A DNA stretch of 33,570 bases from Chiloscyllium plagiosum. Its lineage: Eukaryota. The stretch spans positions 4,830,396 through 4,863,965 of the forward strand of contig NC_057759.1 of assembly GCF_004010195.1 (NCBI RefSeq). The letters are read 5' to 3'. The notes beneath the pieces are model-generated. The model ran no database searches. It worked only from the letters and a program-made list of their open reading frames with translations, and was not told where the DNA came from. Shown one piece after another: positions 1 through 10,787 of the stretch (positions within the stretch are counted from its first letter, which is position 1; every line of letters starts with the position of its first letter). The translations under genes and the position numbers were made by a program.

Positions 1-57
1 TTGAAACTTTATTGCTGGAACAGCACAGCAGGTCAGGCAGCATCCAGGGAATAGGAG

Positions 58-93
58 ATTCGACGTTTCGGGCACAGGCCCTTCTTTAGGAAT
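58..93 (-). ncRNA. Hammerhead motif in left pLTR arm, core mutated (CUAAAGA)
   Basis: The reverse complement reads ATTCCTAAAGAAGGGCCTGTGCCCGAAACGTCGAAT. T at 87 changes G5 of CUGANGA to A. Confidence 0.75.
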
Positions 94-954
94 GAGCAGA
101 GAGTGTTCAGCAGGAGAAGATAAAAGGTAGGGAGGAGGGAGTTGGAGGAGGGGCGTTGGAAATGTGATAGGTGGAAAGAGGTCAAGGTGAGGGTGATAGG
201 TCGGAGTAGGATGGAGGCGGAGAGGTCAAGAAGAAGACTGCAGGTCAGGAAGGTGGTGCCGGGCTGGAGGGATTCGGCTGAGCCAGGTGGGGGGAGGGGG
301 GATGAAGAAACTGGTGCAGTCCAAGTTCATCCCCTGTGGTTGGAGGGTTCCCAGTCGGAAGATAAGACGCTCCTCCTCCGACCGTCGGGTTGTTGTGGTT
401 TGGCGGTGGATGAGTCCAATGACCTGCATATCCTCGGTGGAGTGGGAGGGGGAGTTGAAATGCTGTGCCACAGGTTGGTTGGGTTGGTTCGTCCGGGTGG
501 CCCAGAGGTGCTCTCTGAATCGCTCCGCAAGTAGGCGGCCTGTCTCCCCAATATAGAGGAGGCCACACCGGCTGCAGCGGATGCAGTAGATGATGTGGGT
601 GGAGGTGCAGGTGAATCTGTGGCGGATATGGAAGTTTGCTCTGGGGTTTGGAGAGAAGTGATGGGGGAGGTGTGGGCGCAAGTGTTGCACCTCCTGCGGT
701 TGCAAGGGAAGGTGCCGGGAGTGGAGGTTGGGTCGGTGGGGGGTGTGGATCTGACAAGGCAGTTGTCTCAGCCGGATCCCTCCAGCCCGGCACCGCTTCC
801 TGACCTGCAGTCTTCTTCTTGCCCTCTCCGCCTCCACCCTACTCCGACCTATCACCCTCACCTTGACCTCTTTCCACCTATCACATTTCCAACGCCCCTC
901 CTCCAAGTCCCTCCTCCCTACCTTTTATCTTCTCCTGCTGAACACTCTCTGCTC

Positions 955-990
955 ATTCCTGAAGAAGGGCCTGTGCCCGAAACGTCGAAT
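955..990 (+). ncRNA. Minimal type I hammerhead ribozyme in PLE pLTR (intact core)
   Basis: ATTC-CTGAAGA-A-GGGC(CTGT)GCCC-GAAAC-GTC-GAAT: CUGANGA box, 4-bp stem II, GAAA, NUH triplet GUC, stem I ATTC/GAAT. Confidence 0.85.
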
Positions 991-1099
991 CTCCTGTTCC
1001 CTAATGCTGCCTGACCTGCTGTGCTGTTCCAGCAATAAAGTTTCAACACTTGGCAGAAGATGCCAGGTCGATATTGACAATAATGTTCAAATTATAATA

Positions 1100-1400
1100 A
1101 TGCTGAAACTGACATGGACAGATTGAGAATTAAACAATCACATTCACAGAGCAAAAACGGTCATATTCACATAGCAGAAACCAACAGGTATGGGGTCATA
1201 ACTTCACTCAAGTATGTATATACGAGAATCTTACTGGGAGAGAGTAATACCTCTATTCGCATATTCAGAAACTGGAAACCAACAGGTACAGGCAGATAAC
1301 TTCACTCAAGTATGCACATCGCAGAAACTGACAGGGAGAGAGTGCCAATTGTACTCATATTCACGTGGCAGAATCTGCAAGTTGCAGATTGATATATAGG
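1100..1400 (+). repeat. Degenerate ~47-49 bp minisatellite (cagaaactgacaggtacag...ataact.cactcatattcaca)
   Basis: Recurring GAAAC(T/C)(G/A)ACAGG, ATAACTTCACTCA and CATATTCAC blocks. Same unit as 24535-25185. Confidence 0.7.
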
Positions 1401-1461
1401 TTCTAATTGTAAGTATAAAATGGTTGGGCATATTCTCAGTGGCGATCTCACCCCTGCTATT

Positions 1462-1551
1462 GGGGTGGCATGGTGGCGCAGTGGTTTGCATTACTGCCGC
1501 ACAGCACCAGGGTCCCAGGTTCGATTCCAGCCTTGGGTGACTGTCTGTGTG
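1462..1551 (+). mobile_element. 3'-truncated tRNA-derived SINE head (HE1/V-SINE-like)
   Basis: A box TGGCGCAGTGG, B box GGTTCGATTCC, then CTGTCTGTGTG (start of the V-SINE core). Confidence 0.8.
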
Positions 1552-1816
1552 CAGAAGCTAATATTTATAGGGTATGGGAGTGGAGGGAAGTGAGTCCTAC
1601 CTGTGTCTGTCCAAAGTGGTGTCTGGTACATTCAAAATTGTAGGTACTACATGAAACACATTCTTATGTCAATGGATGACACCTTCAGAGTAAAACAAGT
1701 TACATTTCAGAAGGTTTGAGTTACAGTCCAATAATATACTAATATGTAAAGATTGTGAAATAGGCTTTACAAAAATGCTTTACATCCCAGAAACAGACGG
1801 GCACAGGTTGATGTTG

Positions 1817-1958
1817 AGAGTGTAATGCTGGAAAAGTACAGCAGGTCCGGCAGCATCCGAGGAGCAGGAGAATCAATGTATCGGGCATAAGCCCTTCATC
1901 TAGACGTTTCAGGCATAAGCTCTCTGATCCTCAGCCTCTGCAGAACTCACCTATCCTC
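1817..1958 (-). mobile_element. Degenerate Penelope pLTR remnant with decayed hammerhead and partial duplication
   Basis: gctggaaaagtacagcaggtccggcagcatccgaggagcaggagaatc...cgggcataagcccttcatc matches the reverse complement of 26308-26404. The gacgtttcaggcataagc block is repeated. Confidence 0.75.
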
Positions 1959-2384
1959 GGGGTACAGTTTGCAGGAATATTCCTAAGTGGCTGGCAAATA
2001 GCGTAATATTTTACTGCTTACATCAGTGCTTGATGGATGCAGAATAAAACCTGTCTTGAAGTAACCCTAATTGACTAGTACACAGAGGACCGAGTCTGAA
2101 TGGACAGATGTTGAGTTAATGCAAAACGTGTAAATAAGGACACGACAGATACAACGTTAAAGTAACACATATACAGCATGCTAACAGTTGCTGGTTAACA
2201 GGCATTCGCAGAACACTGAGAAATGCTGTAAATTTCTATATGAAGCTGCACGACGCCTAAGCAGTTATCGATAGGTCTCTGGGCCCACAGTTATCAATCA
2301 AGTTCTCAAATTAATCCCACACTCAAGAAGTGACTCAACTCTTGACTCAAGGAAAGTATGAAACTTTTTCTTTCCATTTCTCTT

Positions 2385-3542
2385 TACAGACTTGGTCCAA
2401 ACATGGATGAAAGAACTGATGACCACAGGTGATTTGGGAGTGACGCCCCTTGGCATCCAGGCTGCATTCAACCCAGTGGCCCACCAATGAAGCCTAGCAA
2501 AACTGGAAAGAATGGTTATCATGAGGCAAACTTCCCAGTGTTTAGAGTCATACCTGCCACATCAGACGATTGTCATGCTTGTTGAAGGTCAGTCTGCTGG
2601 GGTTCCTTAGGTTAGGGTCCTCGGCCCAACCATCAGCTGCGTCATAAATGACCTTCCATCCATTTTAAGGTCAGAAGTGGGAATGCTCATTCATGATTGC
2701 ATAATGCTCCACACCATTCGAGACTCCTCAGACACTGAAAAAGTCCATGTCCAAATGCAACAAGATCTGGACAATATCAAGACTTGGATTGACAACTAGC
2801 AGGAAGAACTTTCACCAAATATAGCCTCTTGACATTCAATAGAGTTGCCATCAATGTATCCCCCCATTCCGAACATCCTGGAGTTATCATTGATCAGAAA
2901 CTCAACTGGACTCACTACATTAACGCAGTGGCTGGAAGACCAGATCAGAGGCAATGAATACTGCGGCCTAACTCACCTCCAGACTCCTCAACCTTTACAC
3001 CATCTGCAAGGCACACATCAGGAGTGTGATGTCACACTTCCCACTTGCCTGGATGAGTGCACCCCCAACACCATTCAAGAAGCTTGAAACCAGCCAGGAA
3101 AAAGCAGCCTCCTTGATTGGCACTGCATCCGTTAGAAGCCACTCCCTCCAAATCCAGCACTCAGTATAAGCAGTAGAAATTATCGACAAGATGCACTGCA
3201 GAAATTCACCTAACATCCTCAGACAGCACCTTCCAAACACACGGCCACTTCCACTTCCAAGGATAAGAGTAGCAAACATTTCCAAACACCACCACCTTCA
3301 ACTTTCCCTTCAAGTCACTCATCATTCTGAGTTGCAAACATATCAACGTTCCTTTACTGTCACTGGGACAAAATCCTGGAATTCTCTCACTCTAATAGCA
3401 TTGTTGGGATAATCTTCTGCAGGTGGACTGCAGCAGTTTAAGAAGGTAGCTCACCACACCTTCTCATGGATAACGAGGGATGGACAATAAATGCTTGCCA
3501 GCCAGTGACCCCCACTTCATACAAAATGAACAAATAAAAAAG
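2385..3542 (+). mobile_element. Decayed non-LTR retrotransposon (CR1-group, family distinct from HER1), RT to 3' tail
   Basis: Degenerate RT motifs (LVQTW.KEL, GVP*..VLGPTI..INDLPSI.RSEVGM). 3' end gggatggacaataaatgc...ccagtgacccccac...aaataaaaaa. Confidence 0.75.
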
Positions 3543-3750
3543 GCTAATCACCAGGCATACAGTGCAGAAGGCTCTTGTGGCTCCACTCACAAGTTGGTTT
3601 TCTGTCTGGAATTTAGGAGGGAGTTGGCACATCTTGAGAGAACTTTTCTTCAGGCATCCAAAAATGGCTGGTTTTACTGGAGGGAGAAAACAAGACAGAT
3701 GAAACAGTGGTGATACGTGATTCATCAGTTAAAGGAGTAGGTCGGCGCTT

Positions 3751-3813
3751 TCATAGCCGCTGACGTGTTTCCACGGTTGTCTCCCCGATGCTACTGGCTG
3801 GTTTCATTGCATC
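3751..3813 (-). pseudogene. Candidate terminal cytoplasmic exon of IgSF unit A
   Basis: Strong acceptor ttattactgtttctcttcag| (3815-3814). Phase-0 reading is DAMKPASSIGETTVETRQRL*. Confidence 0.3.
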
Positions 3814-3939
3814 CTGAAGAGAAACAGTAATAAGGCAGAGGCCATGGCGCGCATTAGTATTAGTGACATAGCTCGTAATAGGGAGAAGGCCTTGTATAAC
3901 CAGTACGAGTAGCTACAATATCAATAAGTAAGATTTTGT

Positions 3940-4064
3940 AGGTTATAATCTCAAGCTTATGCACAATGCTATGGGATAATGAGCACAGAAACAGGAGGAT
4001 ACAGCAGATGGACGACTGGCCCAAGAATTGGGATTGTTTTGATTCTGAATCACATGCATCATTT
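3940..4064 (-). pseudogene. Candidate connecting-peptide/TM exon of IgSF unit A (Ig-TM-like)
   Basis: Acceptor ccatcttcgccag|. Reads NDACDSESKQSQFLGQSSICCILLFLCSLSHSIVHKL, which resembles the Ig heavy-chain TM consensus FIxLFLLSLFYST. Donor position uncertain. Confidence 0.45.
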
Positions 4065-4552
4065 CTGGCGAAGATGGGATCTCTCCACACACACCAGAAA
4101 ACCCACATGTAGGACAGGTGGGACATGTGCTGCTATGAGGAGTTTCACTTCTTTCAGCAGAGTTCAAACGGAATTAGCTCAATAGAAGCACAACTTAAAT
4201 TGGAAAATGAACCAAGGCAAAGGGAGTTCAGTAGTGTCATGTCTCAAGCGTCAAGGACAGGGATGGATGGAAAAAAATAGCAGAGCTAAAACAGATTGGT
4301 CGAGCATAGATTGACACAGGGAACTGCTTGATGAAATGATGCCCCTGGAAAGTTTACACTCCAGCATACGGGGTCACCAGCCACGGCAGAGGAGAGTACA
4401 AATGCAGAGGTGGCGTCATATTATTAGTTATGGAGACAGATACTCTAGTAAGGAGGGGTCTATCATGGAAGTACTTTCAAAAGCAGCAGTCACACAGATA
4501 GAAGTATATTATAGGCCACTAACAGCCAGTGGCATTTGAGGATCATAAATGC

Positions 4553-4866
4553 AGTCATACAGTCATAGAGATGTACAGCATGGAAACAGACCCTTCGGTC
4601 CAACCCGTCCATGCCGACCAGATATCCCAACCCAATCTAGTCCCACCCGGCCTATATCCTCCAAACCCTTCCTATTCATATACCCATCCAAATGCCTTTT
4701 AAATGATGCAATTGTACCAGCCTCCACCACTTCCTCTGGCAGCTCATTCCATACACGTACCACTCTCTGTGTGAACAAGTTGCCCCTTAGGTCTCTTTTA
4801 TATCTTTCCCCTCTTACCCTAAACCTATGCCTCTAGTTCTGGATTCCCCGACGTCAGTGAAAAGAT
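4553..4866 (-). mobile_element. CR1/HER1-type LINE 3' end
   Basis: ORF2 C-terminus FTQRVVRVWNELPEEVVEAGTIASFKRHLDGYM, plus the gggccgaaggg-type 3' UTR and a (catagagt)-type tail. Confidence 0.9.
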
Positions 4867-4869
4867 TCA

Positions 4870-5385
4870 GACATCTGGCACTATTCCAGACAATGACAAC
4901 ATAAAGATCAAAGCCAAAGGCTCAGCAATCTCTTCCCTGCCTTCTCAGAGAAATCTAGGATAAATTTCATCCAGCCTGGGGACTTAGCCATTTTTATACT
5001 TTGCAAAATTGCTACCACCTCCTCCCTGTGAACCTCAATCCCATCTAGACTAGTAGCCTCTATCTCATAATTCTTCTCGACAATTTGTAGTGTTACTACT
5101 CAAGAAAAATATGTATTTAAAATTTATCCTATCTCCTTTGACTCCATGCACAACTTCCCACTACTATTCTTGATTGGCTGTGATCCTACTCCAGTCATTC
5201 TTTTATTCCTGATATAGTTGTAGTAAGCCTTATGGATTTCCCAAATCCTATCAGCCAACGACTGGTATTTACTAGGATGTTGCCTGGTATGGAGGGAAGG
5301 TCTTGTGAAGAAAGGCTGTTTTCGTTCGAGAGAACAAGGTTGAGAGGTGACTTAACTGAGACATATAAGACGGTTACACAGGGTT
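4870..5385. mobile_element. CR1 fragments in opposite orientation (4870-5261 minus, 5262-5385 plus)
   Basis: The minus part matches the pre-RT region of the 17055-20226 copy (EIAEPLALIF). The plus part matches FTRMLPGMEGRS...RLRGDL. Confidence 0.8.
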
Positions 5386-5566
5386 GGTAAGAAATTCATG
5401 GACTACGAATGGAGTTTTTGATTGAACGTGAATGCAACAGTTTGCAGCTTTGTCAAATAGAGACGACTGGATTAGGGATGGAATGCAGAATGTTTTACAG
5501 AATTAATAAATCGACAGAGATAGACTTAACAGGGGGCACCATCAATAGCAAGGATGAGGTAGTAAC

Positions 5567-5884
5567 CTGCGTGAATAATCATCAGAACACATTGTATTCG
5601 CAATGTAAACGATGCTCAAGTCTTAGAAAGATACTGATGATGATAGGATAAACTCCTGTCTATTTTTGTAACATTCCAGTCCATTGTTCTCAGATTCTGA
5701 TCCATTGTTGGAACATTCCAGTCTAAACTTCTCAAATTCCAACCTTTCCCTCCCTCTGGAGTTGCTCATCCCAATCATTTTGAGGATGATACTGCCGCTG
5801 ATACAGTGGGATAACACATTAAAGGAAGCCCGTTATGAAGAAAAGAGGGAAACCGTCCAATCACACAGTTCTGATCCATGGAGA
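5567..5884 (-). pseudogene. Decayed Ig C(1)-like exon, IgSF unit A
   Basis: 318 bp between acceptor ttcaatttctttgattgatgtcag| and donor cag|gttact. Across frames: LPLMC (B strand), ILKMI[G/W], EFILSSSVSF (E), HRLHCEY (F). Contains stops, frameshifts and a small internal duplication. Confidence 0.4.
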
Positions 5885-5990
5885 CTGACATCAATCAAAG
5901 AAATTGAACAAACAGCTCGAGTAAACCACTTTCAATACAACACTTCTAATATATCCACTATACTTGGTTTGGTTGGGATGTTGACATCAC

Positions 5991-6332
5991 CTGATTTGGT
6001 CTTATCGCCCATCTCCAATTACTTGAACAATGTTAGAGGTAAATGCAAAAGGTGATGCTTTCTCTTCACAGGCTCTATTATTTTGCTGTGTTATCCACAT
6101 ACAGTGATCTAAGTAACTGCATTCATAGGATCTATTAGAGGTTGTTACACTGGAAATTCCTCCACCACAACAACTGCCATTCTAAAATAAAATATCTCTG
6201 TTCACAACTGCCCTGAACACACACAGGAAGTGAGGATTTGTTTTCTGAACTTCCCTCTCACTGCTTTAATAAGGCAACATTCTTACTTGAAAACAATGCA
6301 GATCAATGATGTGTTTCCAAAACTGCAAACAT
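5991..6332 (-). pseudogene. Decayed Ig V exon with J-like end, IgSF unit A
   Basis: About 342 bp. VFK*..IKAVRG...ILTSC; LRSLYVDNTAK**S (TAA TAG AGC, each one base from TAC TAC TGC, i.e. YYC) at 6072-6116; IGDG at 6008-6019; donor cag|gtgatg. The acceptor is weak. Confidence 0.5.
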
Positions 6333-6443
6333 CTAATTGTACACATATATGCCTTTTCTTTCTTCAGATTTTCTGCCCTTACCCCAAAAGTAAACGGTAT
6401 AGTTACAATTGTTTTCTTTGTTGTGTTTAAACTTTGTACTCGC

Positions 6444-6500
6444 CATCAGTAAGAAACAGAAATGAATCGTAGACAGTGGCTGTGGAGACTGGAAGGTAGT
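6444..6500 (-). pseudogene. Candidate leader exon, unit A
   Basis: ...STATVYDSFLFLTD-G followed by phase-1 donor-like G|GCGAGT, about 110 bp upstream of the V exon. No ATG seen. Confidence 0.25.
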
Positions 6501-7184
6501 AAAGTGATAGTCCCAGTCACCAATATTTTCTTGATAGACAGAAAAAAAAGTAAAATATCGAGAAAGAAACAGAACATATTGAAATGAGTAATGGCGAGTG
6601 ACAGCATAAAGAAAACGATAATTTCAAATAGAATGGAGGAAAATGATTAACATACACTGTTTAATGTCTGCTTTCAGGGATTCCCTATTTTAGTCTCTCA
6701 TTTTTAGCACGAGGTGAGTTACAAACTTCTCGTATCCCATTTTATTTCAATTAATGCACTTCATACTGGGAAATAAATATAATGGCTGGCTGAGTTCTGT
6801 CAAAAACTATTGTGGGTCATATTATTGGAGATAAAATTTCTGTCATCAGATCCAGCATTTGAACATGTTACTATGTGGTATACACTATAAAAAAAAGATC
6901 ACAGGACATGAAAATTGCCAAAGCAAATAGGAAAGTACATTTATTTCTCTTGATCATCTAGCTTTGGCTATTTTATGAGTTTTCTCACCTATATTTTCTT
7001 GCTCTCTCTTTCTCTCTTTACATCTAATTATTAAATCCTCCAATTATTCTCCATGAACCATCTCTGAAACTTTCCTTTTTCAGTTGCATCTATTGCTAAC
7101 GTTTGGACGAGATACGATTATAATTGAGTAACGTAACTACATGAACATGAGGGAGGAACTGGCCAGAGTAATTTGTAAGGGGAA

Positions 7185-8897
7185 AAAGCGAGGATTGCAG
7201 ATGGTGAGCATCAGAGGCGAAAGATGTGGGGCTGGAAAGGCACAGCAGGTCAGGCAGCGTCTCAGTAGTGGGGAATCGACGTTTCGGGCATAAAACTTTC
7301 ATCAGGAATGTGGGGTTGGGAGAGAAGGTAAGTGGGAGATAAATAGGTGGCGGTGTAGGTCTGGAACAAAGGTAGCTGGGAAGGCGATAGGTAGATGCAG
7401 TGGGGGATAATGGTGATAGGTCAGAGGGGAGGATGGAGCGGATAGTTGGGGAGGAAGATGGACAGGCAGGACAAGTCAAGAGGGCAGTGCAGAGTTGGAA
7501 GGGTGGATTTGGCATGAGGTAGGGTTCGGAGAGGTGAGGAAATTGGTGAAAGCGACATTGATGCCGTGTTGTTGGAGTGTTCCAAGGCAAAAATGAGGCG
7601 TTCTTCATCCATCTGAGGATGTTGAACAGTTCATAAAAATCACGAACATCTTCCACTGTGGCCTCAAGTTCACCTGGATCATCTTGGACATCTCCGACCC
7701 TTTTCTGGACCATTCTGTCTTCATTTTCAGGGACCCATTCAACACGGATATCTAATTCAAATCCAACAACTCCCACAGCTAACTGCACTACACCTTCTGC
7801 CAAACTAATTCCCACCTCCAAAATCTTTTAAAAACACTATTCCTCACTCCCAAATAGTCCACCTCAGCCGCATCTCCTCCAGGAGGAGCAATTCCAATCC
7901 AGGGTGTCACAGATGGCCTTCTATTTCAAGGACTACAATTTCATAATGCAAGTATTGAACAATGCCCTCCAAAACATCTCCACTGCCCTCAGCTTTGACC
8001 ATGAACTCCACCCCTCTAACCGCAACAAGGTTAGATCCCCTTTGTCCTCACCTTCTACCCCATTAATCTCCAGATACATCGTATTGTCCTCCACCATTTC
8101 TGCCAGATACAGTCAGACCCCACTACCAGAGACATTTCCCATCCCTCTCCTTTTAGCATTCTGCACAGACCATTCCCTCTATGGCTCTCTCATTAGGTCC
8201 ACACTCCCAACCAAAACACCATTCACCCCCAGCACCATCTGTTGCCACTGCAAGAGGTGTAAAACCTGCGCTTACACCTCTCTCCTCATCTCCATCGAGG
8301 GCCATAAATGATTCTTCCACATCTGGCAGAGATTTCCCTTCACATCCAAACACCTCACCTACACTGACCGTTGGAGTCAATGTGATCACCGCTACGTTGG
8401 GGACACAGGACAACAACTCGCTGAATGTTTAATGGAACATCTCTGCATCACACGCACAAAATAAACCCACTGCCCTGTAGCCGAACACATCAACTCCCCC
8501 TCCCCCTCCGCCAAGGACATGCAAGTCCTGTTCCTCCTCCACCACCAAATTCTAGCCTTCCAACGCCTGGAGGAAGAACCCCTCATCTTGCGCTTTGAGA
8601 TCCTCCAACCATAAGGCATTAACATCGATTTCACCAGTTTCCTCATCTTTCCTCCTTCCACCCTATCCCAAACCCAACCTTTCAACTTGGTACCATCCTC
8701 TTGAACTGTGTTACCTGTCCACAGTCCTTCCCTTCTCTCTACTTCACCTTCGGCTACGACCCATCACCATCACCACCCATCTGCATCCATCTTTCGCCTT
8801 CCAATCTACCTTTCTCCCCGAGCCCTTATTTATCTATCTGCCCTCTTCCCCCAACCCCACCCCCTGACATTCCTATGGAAGCGTTTATGCCTGAAAT
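7185..8897 (+). mobile_element. Older Penelope-like element: inverted pLTR (7185-7612, minus) + RT C-terminus, GIY-YIG and pLTR (plus)
   Basis: Plus strand reads EQFIKITNIFH.GLKFTWI..D.S.PFLD...TDI*FKSNNSHS*L (PLE RT C-terminus), CCHCKRCKTC and RYVGDTGQQLAE. A minus-strand hammerhead-like CTGATGA...GCCCGAAACGTC lies at ~7275-7309. Confidence 0.85.
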
Positions 8898-9069
8898 GGT
8901 AATTGGAAGGCAAGTTTAGCAGGGAAGACAATGAAGCATCAATGTTACGAGTTTCTGGTGTTAATTGAGAAGCACAGCTGAAATTCTTTCCAAGGAAGAA
9001 GAATTATACTCAGGAGAAGACAAAATAACTGTGTCTTCTATGTTGTCCCTGATTTCCCGACAAAACACG

Positions 9070-9760
9070 GGAAATCTGGGACAACATAAAAACAAAAGAG
9101 AAAGCAAACAATGTGGTGAAGGTTATTGGGAATCCAGAGTACTATAAAGCCTTCAAATACCAGCAGAAGATCACTCCAAAAACAATAGGGAACAGAAGAT
9201 GACATAAGACGGTAAGCTTGTTAATAAAATAATAGAAACTTGCAAGAGGATTTTTGATAAATGACAGGGAGGAGAGGGAAGCAACACCAAACATTAAACT
9301 GCTGGAAAATGAGGCTGGAGTGCTTATACGGAACAAAGAAATGCCAAAGGAGTTGACTAGTTACTTTTTCTCACTCTGCCCAATGGGAGACACCTCCCAG
9401 AATTTCAAAAACGTCAGGGGACAGAGATGAATGTAGTTACCACCAATCAGGAGGCGGTGCTGGGGAAGCTGAAAGGTGTGAAGGTACATAAATCAGCCCT
9501 AAGCAGATAGACTTAGTTCTAAGGTGGTGGAAGAGGAAATTGTGGCGGCATTGATAGTGATCTTTCAGGAATCACTGGAGTCAAGGAGGGTCCCAGAGAG
9601 CTGCCGAGTATAACATCCCTAGTTTAAGTGGAGACGGACGCAGAAAACAGGACGTTATGGTGACGAGGCAAGTTGAAACTGTTATTAAGAAGTCTTAATG
9701 GATCTTTGGGTTTCAAAATAGAGGTATAGTGCATAAAAGCAAGGAAGTTGTGGAGTATAT
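9070..9760 (+). mobile_element. Old CR1 ORF2 fragments
   Basis: Degenerate LENEAG...NKEM.KEL..YF and EEIVAALIVIFQESLESRRVPE...LV motifs. Confidence 0.65.
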
Positions 9761-9881
9761 TGAAAATTATGTGATTCAACTATCGCATAAGAAGAGTTAA
9801 ATTTACAAATGTTATTGCAAGGAGCAGACGAGCAAGTGGGAAATCAGTTCAAAGTGGACAGTTGCATATGTGTCAAACAAA

Positions 9882-10007
9882 CTATTGCCTAGCTCCACTG
9901 CTGTTGTTAAGGTGTGGGGGACAGCTTCTGAGTAAATAGACTAAAAGAACTCAAGAAAACACGATTAAAGCTGTTGCTGCGGAGGTCCAAATGTGCAGTG
10001 ATATATT
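9882..10007 (-). pseudogene. Candidate TM exon, IgSF unit B
   Basis: Acceptor ttatttcttcttcgatatag|. Reads NISLHIWTSAATALIVFS*VLLVYLLRSCPP: a ~22-aa hydrophobic stretch with one stop. Confidence 0.4.
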
Positions 10008-10059
10008 CTATATCGAAGAAGAAATAACGCCAGGTATTTGAATGTTTTTCATTGTTTAG

Positions 10060-10746
10060 CGACCCGAAATACACCTTCGAGGTGAAACAACATTTCACTT
10101 GCACTTTCAATCCAGTGTCCTATCATTGATGCTCACACTGTCGTCTCCTTTACATTGGCGGGAGCAAACAGACTGCTTTGAGGAACACTTCCATTCTGTA
10201 AACTTTTCAGTGCTTCCGATTTCAGTAACCTACATTGCTGTCATGCTAACATTTCGATCCTGGGCTGCTGCAACATTCAAATGAAGCACAATTCAATCTC
10301 GAGTAACACTTCCCTTTACGTTTTGTTACGTTACAGCCTGTAGGACATAATATTCAATTCTATAACTTTACAGCCGGACCCCATTATGCCTGTACTCTCT
10401 TATTCGTATATCTTCCCAAGAGTCTTCCGATGACATTGTGTTGTTTGTAGCTTGTTTCTTTTGCACTCAATACTACCCATTCACATTTCCTCCAATGCCC
10501 ATTTCCCCTATTTACTCTCTAATTTACATGCATCTGTTTCTCTTTCACCGCAATTAAAGCCAATTTGTCTTTTGCACTGGGCCTCCAAACCCTCTATTTC
10601 CCGTTACCCTTCCTTCATTTCTATGATAGGATTACATAATCCATTTTCAATCTTTATCAGTTTTGAAGAAGTGCCACGCTGGATTTGAAATGTTAAGTCT
10701 GTTTCCTGGCTCCACAAATGCTGCCAGACCTGTTGAGTCTCTCCAG
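10060..10746 (+). mobile_element. Highly decayed Penelope-like GIY-YIG/pLTR copy
   Basis: PKYTFEVKQHFTCT...CSHCRLLYIG. Decayed hammerhead/tail ttgaagaag...tgaaatgttaa...atgctgccagacctgttgagt. Confidence 0.65.
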
Positions 10747-10787
10747 AGATAAATAGGGAAGGAAAAATTTTCAGTAACATAAACAAC

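Larger units (their letters stand above)
1..1046 (-). mobile_element. Penelope-like retroelement fragment: GIY-YIG 3' end flanked by inverted pLTR copies
   Basis: 1-282 and 767-1046 are inverted repeats (about 10 differences by eye). The minus strand between them encodes HIIYCIRCSRCGLLYIGETGRLLAERFREH...EERLIFRLGTLQPQGMN, a PLE-type GIY-YIG endonuclease. The left end may extend outside the window. Confidence 0.92.

Noticed and set aside
226..906. 226-aa ORF as a domesticated GIY-YIG nuclease gene
   Set aside because: It has a non-ATG start inside the inverted pLTR and an out-of-frame linker, and is fully explained by a young PLE fragment.
1462..1551. tRNA gene
   Set aside because: The A/B boxes run directly into the V-SINE core with no cloverleaf end, so this is a SINE head. 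The same applies at 13118, 28902 and 28927.
5684..6055. 123-aa plus-strand ORF
   Set aside because: It has no recognisable motif and is antisense to the candidate Ig exons.
6072..6713. Plus-strand exon-like segments (6072-6229, 6368-6389, 6678-6713)
   Set aside because: Splice-like signals exist, but the largest segment is closed in all frames. A non-coding antisense transcript cannot be excluded without RNA-seq.
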